DNA of 64,000 nucleotides. It comes from Bacteroidales bacterium UBA5762. Lineage in GTDB: Bacteria > Bacteroidota > Bacteroidia > Bacteroidales > TTA-H9. Position 1 is the stretch's first letter; each line of letters starts with the position of its first letter. A program made the position numbers and the translations under genes. The stretch is from assembly GCA_002418865.1 (NCBI GenBank), contig DIEY01000002.1, positions 32,824 to 96,823 of the forward strand. The letters run 5' to 3'. Under the pieces are notes generated by a model. The model was not told the origin of the DNA. It searched no databases and saw only the letters and a program-made list of their open reading frames with translations. Of the stretch, positions 1 through 10,443 are shown piece after piece.

Positions 1-1
1 C

Positions 2-1888
2 TATGTAGTAAGGGGAGTGAATCCTATAACTTTATGTGAAGGGATGATGGCTGGAAGCATTGAGGTAATTATTAATCCTGTACCAACCGTATTCTATCTT
101 ACAGGAGGAGGAGAGGGTTGTGAGAATACGCCAGGTGTCGAAATAGGGCTTAGTGGAAGTGAAATTGGCATTGATTATTATTTATATAATGGGTCTGTTA
201 TCGATACAATTTTATCAGGCACCAATGCAGCTTTAAACTTTGGGCCTAAATTAGAAGGAACTTATACCTGCATAGGGATAAACCCAACTAATGGTGCAAG
301 CATTCCTATGTTAGGTGTTGCACAAGTGACAATTCATCCTTTGCCTACCTCATTTTCTATAGTTCCTTCAGGGATACAGTGCCCTAATATAGAAATCAGA
401 TTAAATGGAAGTGAATTAGGAGTTAGTTACACACTTTGGCATAATGGGACAATGGGTCCCACCATTGCTGGTACTGGTCTGCCTGGATTTATTAGCTTTG
501 GGATTCAAACCGAACCAGGAATCTATAAAGTTGAAGCTGTAAATAATACTACAGGCTGTTCTGCCTGGATGCTGGGCTCGGTAATCATTCAAACCCCTCC
601 TGCTATATATAATGTTATTCCAGCTGGAATTCTATGCGCAAATATGGAAGTAATGCTAGACCATTCCGATACAGGAATTATGTATCAATTACGTCTATTC
701 GATACGATTAACATAGGTTCAGCTTTACCTGGAATTAACGACACCTTGAATTTTGGGTTACAATCTATTCCTGGTATTTACCGTGTTTACGCCTACAATC
801 CAACCTCTCTTTGTGGTACATGGATGAACAATTCGGCTTATTTAGATAGTATTCCTGAGATTTTCAGTATATCACCCATAGGAGATACTTGCGGAAGCAT
901 TCAAATAGGTTTAAATGGAAGTCAACCTAACTTTACTTATTATCTTTATAGAAATAATTTGGAACCTCCTATTGATTCAGCCAATGGAAATGGAGCAGCC
1001 ATTTCATTCGGAACTTATTATACATCGGGAATATATACTGTAAAAGCTTTAGATGAAAATCATTACTGCTTCACCGAAATGTATGGTTCGCTACAATTGT
1101 TCCAAACGCCTTATCTCTTCGATCTTTCCCCCGTGGGAAATCTTTGCCCGGGAACAATACTCACATTAAATGGTTCAGAAATAGGCATAGAATATCAACT
1201 CATAAAAGATGATTCTATTTATATTGGGGCACCAATTTCAGGAACTGGTGGTTCTATTACTTTTGGCCCAATAAATACTCCAGGCAATTATAAGGTCATA
1301 GCAAATAATCCTTACACTTCTTGTTCCGTGGTTATGAATGGAATTGCTATAATTAATCCACAGCCTACAATTTATACATTATCTCCTGTTGGAGAACAAT
1401 GCTCTGGTACAGAGATTATACTTAATAATTCAGATGTAGGAGTATATTATCATCTCAATATTGATCCACCCCACCCCAGTTTCCCTAAAATTTTAGCTGG
1501 TACAGGAAGTCAAATAAATTTTGGAGTTCAAAATATAGAGGGGACTTATACTATTACTGCTTTTGGAAATTACGGTTGCACTAGCCTAATGCAAGGCAGC
1601 ACTACCATTCACGCTCGGCCTTTAGCTTATAACCTTATTCCACAAGGGCCCAACTGCATACCGGTGGTTATAGGGCTTGATAATAGTCAACCCGGCATCA
1701 TTTATCATTTATACAATCAAGATGGTGAATTAATTCCTCCTGTTTCTATAATCGGAACTGGAAGTCCCATTTCTTTTGGATTGATCCATGATACAGGAAC
1801 GTATATGATCCTTGCCATTGATCCTTTATCAGGTTGCGAGCAATGGATGAATGGACAATGTGTAATTCATACAGGCCCTATTGCATTT
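2..1888 (+). repeat. In-frame tandem array of a ~88-aa Ig-like module (type A; one partial plus 7 full copies)
   Basis: Recurring pattern P.P..[FY].[LVI].P.G..C....[IV].[IL].L.GSE.G..Y.L......I....GTG..I.FG....PG.Y.V.A.N..T.C...M.G. One further copy recurs at about nt 4040-4300. Confidence 0.8.
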
Positions 1889-4800
1889 GCAGGCTCCGAT
1901 GCATCAATTTGTGAAAACCAGACATTCTCCCCTATGGGAACTGCCATGAATTATTCGTCTTTATCATGGTCAACAAATGGGGATGGTGTTTTCGATAATC
2001 CTTATATTCTTAATACCACTTACACTCCTGGTTTTAATGATATTCTATTAGGAAATGTAAATTTAATTCTTAATGTAACAAATCTATCCTTGTGTCCAGG
2101 AGTTATTGCCAGAGATACTCTCATACTCCATATTCAGAAACTCCCACAACTGAATGCCGGGAATGATACAGCTATTTGTTTTGATGATCCTTTCTTCACC
2201 TATGCCGAGGCAAACTATTGTAGTTTAACATATTGGACCACTATGGGTATTGGAGATTTTTCAGATCCTTATTCCCTTGCCACCTCTTATAATTATTTTT
2301 ATTTGAACCCCTTAGAAATTTCAACTCGGACCGATGAGTTAATTCTTATGGCAATGGGAGAAGGAAGCTGCATGGGGAACATCATTACTGATACATTTAA
2401 CCTTACTATTTATGGACTGCCTTTTGCTGATGCGGGTCCTGATGGAGGTATTTGTACTGGAGAATCTTATTCTCTCAACGGAAGCGGAACTGGGTATAGC
2501 TCTATTATGTGGTCTTCAATATATAATGGAATTTTTAGTAATCCATTCATTCTCAACCCTATATATACTCCAAGTGCAAACGCTAGTGCAGCAGGAAGAG
2601 ATACTATCATTCTTACCTTACATGGAGCCCCTGAATGTCCCGATAATTTTACTACTGATACTATGGTTTTAATTATTGCTCCCGTAGCTACAGTGAATGC
2701 AGGACCTGATATGGTTTCCTGCTACAATATACCAGTATCAATGAATGCAGTAGCCACAAATTATTCATCCTTGCAATGGTCAACTTCGGGCGATGGTGTT
2801 TTTAGCGATAATACTATCTTGAATCCAATATATTATCCAGGATCACTCGATTCAATGGCTGGATGTGTACATTTGACTTTGACAGCTTGGGGACTTTATG
2901 GGTGTTCAACACTAAGCACTCAAGACCAACTCACTGTTTGTTTTGACTTTGCCCCCCAAGTATTAGCTGGAAGCGATGGAGCAATATGCGAAAATTCTTC
3001 TTTTCTCACTTCATCAGCCTCCGCTAATAACGTTTCGAGTATTGAATGGACAACTTCAGGAGATGGTGTTTTTGCTGATCCTCATACTCTTATTACAACT
3101 TATTCTCCCGGCATTAATGATAAAATTAATGGATTTGCATATCTCATACTTACTGGCTTTGGCGTGAATACTTGTTCTATTTTGTCGGTTTCCGACTCGC
3201 TTTACCTCGATATCGATCCATTACCAACTATTAATGCTGGAAACGATACAATTATCTGTTCCAATCAAATTTCTATTTTACTTCATGGTAATGCCCAACA
3301 TTATTCTAATCCTCAATGGACTGCAATATTTCCTGCAAATGGAACATTTACTTCTCCAAACAGCCTAATTACCAATTATTTAATTTCACCTTCCGATACA
3401 ACTCAAAGCAATATCATACTCTCTTTTTCAGTAAACGGGGCAGCCGAATGTGCCAGTGAACTTGCCACCGACTTTGTTAACATTTCTATTGATCCTTTGC
3501 CTATTGCTCAGGCAGGTAGTGATGCAGAAATATGTGCAAGCGAAAGCTTTTTATTAAACGGTTTAGCTTTCCATTATAGTGAAATACAATGGCTTACAAT
3601 GGGAGATGGGACATTTAGCGATCCTCATATTTTAAATCCCGTTTATATACCTGGATTCTTAGATATATCCTCTGAATCAGTAAAATTGATCCTAAAAGTA
3701 AAAGGTATAGGCACTTGTAATGATTATTTTACAAGCGATACTTTGACTTTGCTTATCCATCCGTTGCCAACCGCATTTATTTCGGGGAATAATTCAATTT
3801 GTCAGGGTGACTCTATCCCTATCTCAGTTCAACTCACCGGAACTCCTCCATGGACTATTACCTACACAGATGGGATTGAATCCTTCACCATTTCTGACAT
3901 CTTTGACTCTCCTTATGCATGGTTTGTCAACCCCGAAGTAACTACTTTATATACCTTAACTGGAGTCAGCGATTCATTTTGCAGTGGTATTTCTTATACA
4001 GGTTCTGCTTTAATCACTCTCCTGCCAACACCAATACCTTTTGAAGTTACAGTAACTAACGGTGGGTACTATTGTCAAGGAGAAGATGGAGTAGAAATTG
4101 GACTCGATGGTTCAGAGTTAGGCATTATTTATAAATTGTTTTTAGGTCCTTTGCAGATTGGAGCACCCAAATTAGGAACTGGAGCACCAATTAGTTTTGG
4201 ATTTGTAACCTTGCCTGGAACCTATCATGTAGAAGCCATGCATCCCGCCTCACTTTGTTCACGAATGATGAACAATACCGTCACAATAGCCATCCAACCT
4301 TTACCTAATATAAACTTCACGGCTGATACAGCATGTCCTCATACAACAACACATTTCACCCTTTCAGGAACAAATTTGGCTGATATTGCTTACTGCGAAT
4401 GGAATTTTGGAGATGGAACATCAGCATTTTATTCTGGCCCTGCCAACGCAGAACATATCTACCCTGCCGCGGGGGTTTATTTAGCAACACTAACAGCCAC
4501 TTCTATCAATGGTTGTCAAAAAACCGTTTCACATCTAGTAAAAGTTTATTCTTCGCCGATTGCTTTATTTTCATGGAGTACACCCACTTGCCAAAATCAA
4601 ACTATCAACTTTAATAATTTCTCATTTACTACTTTACCTGATTATATCAATACCTGGATATGGGATTTTGGTGACGGAACACCCACTGTAACTGTCGTTT
4701 GGCCTGATAATCCTAATTTGAATCATAATTTCACAGGCTCTGGAATTTTCAATGTACAACTTAAGGTAGTTACTAATAATGGTTGTATGGATTCTGTTAC

Positions 4801-7800
4801 GAACGCCGTTCACGTTTTCCCAGAACCCATAACCAATTTTTCATGGAGCAACAATTGTCAAAGTCAGCTTACGCAATTTAACGACCTTACACAAGCAGGT
4901 TACGGCTTAACTGTCATTGGATGGTCATGGGATTTTGGTGATCCTACCTCGGGAGCAGCTAACTATTCTAATTTACAAAATCCAACTCATCAATACAACA
5001 ACCCAGGGACATTTAGCGTAACACTTACGGCGATGATAAGCAATGGTTGTACGTCTAATATAACAAAAACGATTCAGGTTCTTCCAAAGCCTATGGCTGA
5101 TTTCTCGGCCAATCCAACTTGCTTAGATACCCTAATGCAGTTCAACGATTTATCTGTAATCGGAAGTGCTTCTATCGTCCAATGGAATTGGCTTTTTGGT
5201 GACGGAAATTCTTCTATTCTTCAAAATCCCTATCATCAATACAATACAGCAGGAAATTACAACGTTCAGTTATCTATAACCGATTCATTGGGCTGCAAGG
5301 ATGATACCACTAAAACCGTTACCGTATTTCCCTTACCTGTAGCCGAATTTAGTTTTACAGAACCCAACTGTGCTGGCAGTTCTGTTAATTTCACGGATTA
5401 CTCGTCTTCTACTGTTGGTTATATCACAACATGGGAATGGAATTTCGGCGATACCTCAACTCCTGTTGTCATTCATTTCCCGGCTTCTCCCAATGTTTCT
5501 CATATTTATAATGAAGCCGGAACCTATCAGGTAACCTTAACCGTAACCACTTCTATGGGCTGTCAAGCCTCCAAAATTCATAACGTCACAATAGATGCCA
5601 ACCCAATTGCCAATTTTACTTTCCCAATTTATAATTGTCAAACATCCTCCATACAATTTTCTGATGCTTCTGTTACAAACGGGGGCTCTGCTATTGTATC
5701 TTGGGACTGGAATTTCGATGATCCAGGATCTGGTTTCAATAATAGCAGCACATTGCAAAATCCTGTACATGTTTTCTCTTCTCCTGGTATTTACAACGTA
5801 AGACTCATTATACATAATGCTATCAGTTGTACCGATACTTCAATTCAGCAAGTTACCATATACTCAAATCCTACAGCTGCCTTTACTGCTGACAGTGTTT
5901 GCTTAGGCTCTCCTACCCAATTTACAAATACTTCTATACCCAACAGCGGGATAATTACAGGCTATGATTGGGATTTTGGAGATGGTTCACCCCATTCGAA
6001 TAATGCAAATCCTTCTCATACATATATGGCAGCGGGTATCTATTCAGTAACCTTAACTGTAACAACCGATTTGGGCTGTACATCCTCTGTTACTCAACCT
6101 GTGATGGTTTATGCACTTCCTTTGGCTTCATTTGTAGCTTCTACCCAAAATTGCACAGGAAGCGAAGTAAACTTCGATGATCAATCAACAGCCAGCAGCG
6201 GTTATATACAGCAATGGATTTGGAATTTTGGGGATGGATCCATGCCTGATACTATTGATTTTCCTAATTCACCGGATATAACTCATATCTATAATTCAGC
6301 GGGAATTTACAATGTCGAGCTTTCTGTAATTACTTCCACATCATGCTCATCATCTGTAATTCAGCCAGTGTCAATCCAAAACAATCCTCACGCCAATTTC
6401 TCGTATACGGCCAACTGTGAGGGATTGACAACGCAATTTACTGATGAAACTCAATTGAATGGAGGAGGCATGCTTATTTCCTGGTATTGGGATTTTGGTG
6501 ATCCTGCTTCAGGAATCTACAACACATCCAACCTGCAGAATCCTGTTCATGTCTTTTCCTCGGCCGATACCTTTATGGTTTCTCTCATTGTTACCAATAT
6601 CAATTTCTGTCAAGATACTATTATTAAACAAGTTGTTATCGCTCCAGCTCCTCTTGCCATGTTCACAGCTGACTCTGCCTGCTTAGGCTCACCCACCCAT
6701 TTCACCGATCTCTCCATCCCCAATGCCTCTGCTATTGCTTCATGGCTCTGGAACTTCGGCGACGGCTCATTCTCTACTTTTCAGAATCCTATCCATACTT
6801 ATTCCAACTGGGGATCTTACACCGTCTCTCTCTCTGTGACTAATTCCAACGGCTGCACGCACGATACTATTATGTATATTTTCGTCAATCCCCAACCTGT
6901 TCCTGCATTTAATTTCTCAGGAAATTGTGCTGGTCTGGTCACTTCTTTCTCCGACCTCTCTTCTTCCGCTGCTGGCTATATAAATTCATGGTTTTGGGAA
7001 TTCGGCGATGGAACGTCCGATACTATCCAAAATCCTATTCATCTTTACACTGAAGGTGGTACCTTTATGGTTACGCTTACTATTACCAATTCTTTCGGCT
7101 GCCAACAAAGCATCACACAATCAGTCTCTATTTTCAATCCTCCTACTGCCAATTTCAATTTCTACTCCTCGTTCTGCCCCTCTGGTCAGGTAACCTTCCA
7201 AGATCTCTCTCAAGGAAATGGCTCTCCTATTACACAACGTCTGTGGAATTTCGGTAATGGCTTCTCTTCTACCGCAGCTAATCCCGTTTATACTTATCCT
7301 ATCCCTGATTCGTGTTATCAGGTTACTCTTATCGTAAACAATTCCTTTGGCTGCTCCGATACAACCACAAATACTGTTTGCGTAAAACCCGGCTTCAGTT
7401 TTACCATAACTTCCCAAGCCGGTTGTGCAGGTATTCCTACTTCCTTCTCACCCGTCAATTTGGCACAAGGCGATACCCTCCTTTTTGTCCAATGGGATTT
7501 TGGTGACCCAGCTTCCGGCATATTCAACTATTCCAATCAGTATTACACTTCTCATACTTACTCAAATCCTGGCTATTATGTCGTAAAACTCAAGGCATGG
7601 AACTCAGATAACTGCATCGATTCTACTTATTACGAAATTAATATACTGCCTCCTCCTATAGCCAACTTTACCTGGCAGACCAATATACCTCATTGCGATA
7701 CTACTGTCACCTTCAGCAATCTTACCACTTCTTATGGAGCAACTATAGATTCTTTAGTTTGGAACTTCGGAGACGGTATTATTATTAATCAGTCATTCCC

Positions 7801-9241
7801 ATTTCCTCCAACTATTGAGCACAAATTCCCGGCTTATGGATTTTATGAGGTCAGCTTGACTGCTTTCGTAGAAAATGGATGCTCGCATACTATATCTAAA
7901 ACCGTACAGGTAAAATGCCTCTCGGCCAACTTTGCCTTCGATACCACAGGTTGTCAAAATAAAAGTATTATTTTCAATGATCTTTCTTCTCCTTCCATTT
8001 CAGTAACTCATTGGCTATGGTTGTTTGGAGATGAAAAATATGAGGAATATTTTACATGGAAACCCTATACATCTCATGTTTACACCGAACCAGGTATTTA
8101 TGAAATAAAACTCATAGTCGAAGGTATTGTGAATAGCATGCCGGTTCAGGATTCCATTACGAAGATCATTAAAATCATGGCTGCTCCAGTAGCCCAATTT
8201 ACAGTTCAAAATTTATGTATTGGAGATACAGTGCATCTAACTGATCATTCTTATTCCTTAACCGATACCATTACACAATGGAGATGGTGGTTTGGTGATG
8301 GAGAATCATCAACTGACCAAAATCCAAATCATCTCTATCTTTACGACAGTACATTCAACATACAATTAGCCGTAAGCACAACATCAGGATGCAGCGATAC
8401 AACCACACAGGCCATTCTACTTAAACCTAAGCCCAATATTGCCCTTTATCCTGATGGCGGACTTTTTTGTGGTGAAATTCATCCTATACAATTTAGAGAT
8501 ACCATTGAAAATTACTCGAAATATACATGGGTTTGGGGTGATGGAGACACATTAATTACCTCTACACCTTCTGCAACCCATGTTTATGAACAAGGAATCT
8601 ATCAAATGATGCTCATTGTTAAAAATGAATATCAATGCCAAACGATTCAGCGAGCTGAAGTAGAGATTAAACCAAGTCCCATGGCTAAAGCCTCAGCTAA
8701 TAAATATGAAGCTCCCATCAGCCAATCTCAGTTTATATTTAATGATGAGTCAGAAAGCACCACTAGCCCCATCATCCAATGGGAATGGTATTTGAATGAT
8801 ACTTTGTTGATTGGAAACACTCAAGTGCTGCCCTTCAACTTCATTGATCCTGAAGAAAATTTGCCGATAATAGATACAGGAATCTACAAAATAACTCTTT
8901 GGGTAGTTAACATGGAGGGTTGTACCGATAGCGCCAGCTTTAGTATAAAAATTAAAGATGAATTTCTGTTTAATATTCCTACTGCTTTTAGTCCGAACAA
9001 TGATAATTTAAATAATACATTCAAACCTTTTATCAGCTTTATCCGACAAAACAATTATTCATTCAGGATCTTTAGCCGAAACGGAATGATGGTATTCGAA
9101 ACTCATGACCCACACGAAGCATGGGATGGAACCTATAATGGCAAAATTTGTCCATCAGATGTTTATGTTTGGATTGTAGAATACGAAAAAGGAGATGGGC
9201 GGCATGAAATAAAGAAAGGAACTGTGACTCTGGTTAGATAA
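2..9241 (+). CDS. Giant secreted cell-surface repeat protein (5'-truncated by the window edge) with a PKD-domain array and a T9SS type-B (gliding-motility / CHU_C) C-terminal sorting domain
   Basis: The frame is open from nt 2. The residues YVVRG before the GTG at 17 already fit the tail of the N-terminal repeat consensus (Y.V.A.NP.T.C..M.G), so the true start lies upstream. There are 18 PKD-like units (W.FGDG ... NP.H.Y ... G.Y.V.L). The last ~90 aa, FNIPTAFSPNNDNLNNTF..IFSRNGMMVF..WDGTYNGK..DVYVWIVEY..GTVTLVR, match the gliding motility-associated C-terminal domain pattern. Confidence 0.9.
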   Translation, partial: YVVRGVNPITLCEGMMAGSIEVIINPVPTVFYLTGGGEGCENTPGVEIGLSGSEIGIDYYLYNGSVIDTILSGTNAALNFGPKLEGTYTCIGINPTNGASIPMLGVAQVTIHPLPTSFSIVPSGIQCPNIEIRLNGSELGVSYTLWHNGTMGPTIAGTGLPGFISFGIQTEPGIYKVEAVNNTTGCSAWMLGSVIIQTPPAIYNVIPAGILCANMEVMLDHSDTGIMYQLRLFDTINIGSALPGINDTLNFGLQSIPGIYRVYAYNPTSLCGTWMNNSAYLDSIPEIFSISPIGDTCGSIQIGLNGSQPNFTYYLYRNNLEPPIDSANGNGAAISFGTYYTSGIYTVKALDENHYCFTEMYGSLQLFQTPYLFDLSPVGNLCPGTILTLNGSEIGIEYQLIKDDSIYIGAPISGTGGSITFGPINTPGNYKVIANNPYTSCSVVMNGIAIINPQPTIYTLSPVGEQCSGTEIILNNSDVGVYYHLNIDPPHPSFPKILAGTGSQINFGVQNIEGTYTITAFGNYGCTSLMQGSTTIHARPLAYNLIPQGPNCIPVVIGLDNSQPGIIYHLYNQDGELIPPVSIIGTGSPISFGLIHDTGTYMILAIDPLSGCEQWMNGQCVIHTGPIAFAGSDASICENQTFSPMGTAMNYSSLSWSTNGDGVFDNPYILNTTYTPGFNDILLGNVNLILNVTNLSLCPGVIARDTLILHIQKLPQLNAGNDTAICFDDPFFTYAEANYCSLTYWTTMGIGDFSDPYSLATSYNYFYLNPLEISTRTDELILMAMGEGSCMGNIITDTFNLTIYGLPFADAGPDGGICTGESYSLNGSGTGYSSIMWSSIYNGIFSNPFILNPIYTPSANASAAGRDTIILTLHGAPECPDNFTTDTMVLIIAPVATVNAGPDMVSCYNIPVSMNAVATNYSSLQWSTSGDGVFSDNTILNPIYYPGSLDSMAGCVHLTLTAWGLYGCSTLSTQDQLTVCFDFAPQVLAGSDGAICENSSFLTSSASANNVSSIEWTTSGDGVFADPHTLITTYSPGINDKINGFAYLILTGFGVNTCSILSVSDSLYLDIDPLPTINAGNDTIICSNQISILLHGNAQHYSNPQWTAIFPANGTFTSPNSLITNYLISPSDTTQSNIILSFSVNGAAECASELATDFVNISIDPLPIAQAGSDAEICASESFLLNGLAFHYSEIQWLTMGDGTFSDPHILNPVYIPGFLDISSESVKLILKVKGIGTCNDYFTSDTLTLLIHPLPTAFISGNNSICQGDSIPISVQLTGTPPWTITYTDGIESFTISDIFDSPYAWFVNPEVTTLYTLTGVSDSFCSGISYTGSALITLLPTPIPFEVTVTNGGYYCQGEDGVEIGLDGSELGIIYKLFLGPLQIGAPKLGTGAPISFGFVTLPGTYHVEAMHPASLCSRMMNNTVTIAIQPLPNINFTADTACPHTTTHFTLSGTNLADIAYCEWNFGDGTSAFYSGPANAEHIYPAAGVYLATLTATSINGCQKTVSHLVKVYSSPIALFSWSTPTCQNQTINFNNFSFTTLPDYINTWIWDFGDGTPTVTVVWPDNPNLNHNFTGSGIFNVQLKVVTNNGCMDSVTNAVHVFPEPITNFSWSNNCQSQLTQFNDLTQAGYGLTVIGWSWDFGDPTSGAANYSNLQNPTHQYNNPGTFSVTLTAMISNGCTSNITKTIQVLPKPMADFSANPTCLDTLMQFNDLSVIGSASIVQWNWLFGDGNSSILQNPYHQYNTAGNYNVQLSITDSLGCKDDTTKTVTVFPLPVAEFSFTEPNCAGSSVNFTDYSSSTVGYITTWEWNFGDTSTPVVIHFPASPNVSHIYNEAGTYQVTLTVTTSMGCQASKIHNVTIDANPIANFTFPIYNCQTSSIQFSDASVTNGGSAIVSWDWNFDDPGSGFNNSSTLQNPVHVFSSPGIYNVRLIIHNAISCTDTSIQQVTIYSNPTAAFTADSVCLGSPTQFTNTSIPNSGIITGYDWDFGDGSPHSNNANPSHTYMAAGIYSVTLTVTTDLGCTSSVTQPVMVYALPLASFVASTQNCTGSEVNFDDQSTASSGYIQQWIWNFGDGSMPDTIDFPNSPDITHIYNSAGIYNVELSVITSTSCSSSVIQPVSIQNNPHANFSYTANCEGLTTQFTDETQLNGGGMLISWYWDFGDPASGIYNTSNLQNPVHVFSSADTFMVSLIVTNINFCQDTIIKQVVIAPAPLAMFTADSACLGSPTHFTDLSIPNASAIASWLWNFGDGSFSTFQNPIHTYSNWGSYTVSLSVTNSNGCTHDTIMYIFVNPQPVPAFNFSGNCAGLVTSFSDLSSSAAGYINSWFWEFGDGTSDTIQNPIHLYTEGGTFMVTLTITNSFGCQQSITQSVSIFNPPTANFNFYSSFCPSGQVTFQDLSQGNGSPITQRLWNFGNGFSSTAANPVYTYPIPDSCYQVTLIVNNSFGCSDTTTNTVCVKPGFSFTITSQAGCAGIPTSFSPVNLAQGDTLLFVQWDFGDPASGIFNYSNQYYTSHTYSNPGYYVVKLKAWNSDNCIDSTYYEINILPPPIANFTWQTNIPHCDTTVTFSNLTTSYGATIDSLVWNFGDGIIINQSFPFPPTIEHKFPAYGFYEVSLTAFVENGCSHTISKTVQVKCLSANFAFDTTGCQNKSIIFNDLSSPSISVTHWLWLFGDEKYEEYFTWKPYTSHVYTEPGIYEIKLIVEGIVNSMPVQDSITKIIKIMAAPVAQFTVQNLCIGDTVHLTDHSYSLTDTITQWRWWFGDGESSTDQNPNHLYLYDSTFNIQLAVSTTSGCSDTTTQAILLKPKPNIALYPDGGLFCGEIHPIQFRDTIENYSKYTWVWGDGDTLITSTPSATHVYEQGIYQMMLIVKNEYQCQTIQRAEVEIKPSPMAKASANKYEAPISQSQFIFNDESESTTSPIIQWEWYLNDTLLIGNTQVLPFNFIDPEENLPIIDTGIYKITLWVVNMEGCTDSASFSIKIKDEFLFNIPTAFSPNNDNLNNTFKPFISFIRQNNYSFRIFSRNGMMVFETHDPHEAWDGTYNGKICPSDVYVWIVEYEKGDGRHEIKKGTVTLVR
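1889..3778 (+). repeat. In-frame tandem array of a ~90-aa module (type B; 7 copies)
   Basis: Each unit starts AG.D..IC and contains NYSS..W.T.GDG.F.....L...Y.PG..D. It ends in a conserved Cys and D.L.L.I.P.P. Confidence 0.8.
4301..8955 (+). repeat. In-frame array of 18 PKD-type domains
   Basis: I counted 18 W.[FW]GD[GPT]-type cores (CEWNFGDG, WIWDFGDG, WSWDFGDP ... YTWVWGDG, WEWYLND). Each is followed by NP.H.Y and G.Y.V.L.V....GC. Confidence 0.85.
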
Positions 9242-9450
9242 ATTAGGCCATAATTCAATCGCATGATAAGGCAATTAGGAGAGTAGGGAATAATCCTTCC
9301 TATTCATCAAAAAAATCATTATTTCTAAATTTTTTTGAGACAACTCCTATCGTTGAGTCTTTAAATAAAATGAAGTTTATCTTCTTTAAGATATTTATCG
9401 TATTTAAAATAAAAAACGGAATTTTGTAAAAAATAACAAAAAATAACGTA

Positions 9451-10149
9451 GTGGAATGGATTAAAGATCTAAATTTCGATCAAAAGAAAAAATTATATAC
9501 TTATCTCTGTGAATTCTTAACCAATCATCGAATAGAGATCTTCGAACAAAACATAAAGTATCGAACGAGACATTTAACGGTTGTACTCGAAAATGTTTTC
9601 CAATCGCATAACATTAGTGCAGTTCTAAGGTCATGCGATTGTTTTGGAGTTCAAGACATACATATTATCGAGAATCTTCATCCTTATCACATAAATCCTG
9701 AAATTGCCATGGGATCGTCAAAATGGTTAAGCATTCACCATCACAACCAAGGGATGGATACATTGGTTAAAGTTTTTGATGCCATTCATCAGCAAGGTTA
9801 TCAAATTATAGCCACGACGCCTCATCCACATGGATACGACATAGAGTCGCTAAATATAGAAAACAAAACTGCATTGTTATTTGGCACTGAGAAAGACGGC
9901 TTAAGTGAGGAAGCTGTTCGCAGAGCCGATGGTTACATGAAGATTCCTATGCATGGATTTACCGAGAGTTTGAATATCAGCGTTTCGGCTGGAATCTCCT
10001 TATATGCATTGACTACTCGATTGCATAAAATGAAAATACCATGGCAGGTAAGCGAACAGGAAGCCATAGAAATTAAAATTGGTTGGGCAGCTCAATCAAT
10101 CAAACATGCCGAATACATTATTCACGAATTTATTTCTGAGCATTTATAA
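9451..10149 (+). CDS. trmH: SpoU/TrmH-family tRNA/rRNA 2'-O-ribose methyltransferase
   Basis: SpoU motifs are present: VVLENVFQSHNISAVLRSCDCFGV, LLFGTEKDGLSEEA and IPMHGFTESLNISVSAGISLY. The start codon is GTG. Confidence 0.85.
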   Translation: MEWIKDLNFDQKKKLYTYLCEFLTNHRIEIFEQNIKYRTRHLTVVLENVFQSHNISAVLRSCDCFGVQDIHIIENLHPYHINPEIAMGSSKWLSIHHHNQGMDTLVKVFDAIHQQGYQIIATTPHPHGYDIESLNIENKTALLFGTEKDGLSEEAVRRADGYMKIPMHGFTESLNISVSAGISLYALTTRLHKMKIPWQVSEQEAIEIKIGWAAQSIKHAEYIIHEFISEHL

Positions 10150-10191
10150 AATTTTTAACTTTACCCACAAATTCAAATTACATTAAAAATT

Positions 10192-10356
10192 ATGGGAAAA
10201 GGAGATAAAAAAAGCCGTAGAGGAAAAATTATCATTGGCTCATACGGAGTACGAAGACCTAAAAAGAAAAGGAAACCCTCAATAGATAAGATAAATGAAG
10301 TTGAGGTTGCTCCTACCACTAAACAGCCGAAAAAAGGCAAAAATGAAGTGGAATAA
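10192..10356 (+). CDS. 30S ribosomal protein THX (bTHX)
   Basis: This 54-aa ORF falls below the track cutoff: MGKGDKKSRRGKIIIGSYGVRRPKKKRKPSIDKINEVEVAPTTKQPKKGKNEVE. The basic N-terminal core MGKGD.K..RGK...GS.G..RP is the THX signature. A strong hairpin terminator follows immediately. Confidence 0.8.
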   Translation: MGKGDKKSRRGKIIIGSYGVRRPKKKRKPSIDKINEVEVAPTTKQPKKGKNEVE

Positions 10357-10382
10357 GGCTTATGTCGTTAGATTTATCCATT

Positions 10383-10423
10383 AAAATCGGTATCCACCTA
10401 AAATATCAATGGATACCGATTTT
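10383..10423. terminator. Bidirectional intrinsic terminator between convergent genes
   Basis: Perfect 14-bp stem, aaaatcggtatcca / tggataccgatttt, with a 13-nt loop. A/T runs lie on both sides. Confidence 0.8.
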
Positions 10424-10443
10424 ATTTCAAAAACAATAAGTTA

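Noticed and set aside
2412-8209. About ten short ORFs (61-98 aa) on both strands inside the giant adhesin gene.
   Set aside because: All are nested in alternative frames of a continuous 9.2-kb ORF that has clear domain repeats. They have no independent motifs.
4301-8955. Regular periodicity (~250-270 nt in the PKD array; ~225 nt at 53285-55300) that could superficially suggest a repeat array or CRISPR.
   Set aside because: The repeats are in frame, protein-coding and diverged at the DNA level. There are no short identical direct repeats with unique spacers, and no cas genes.
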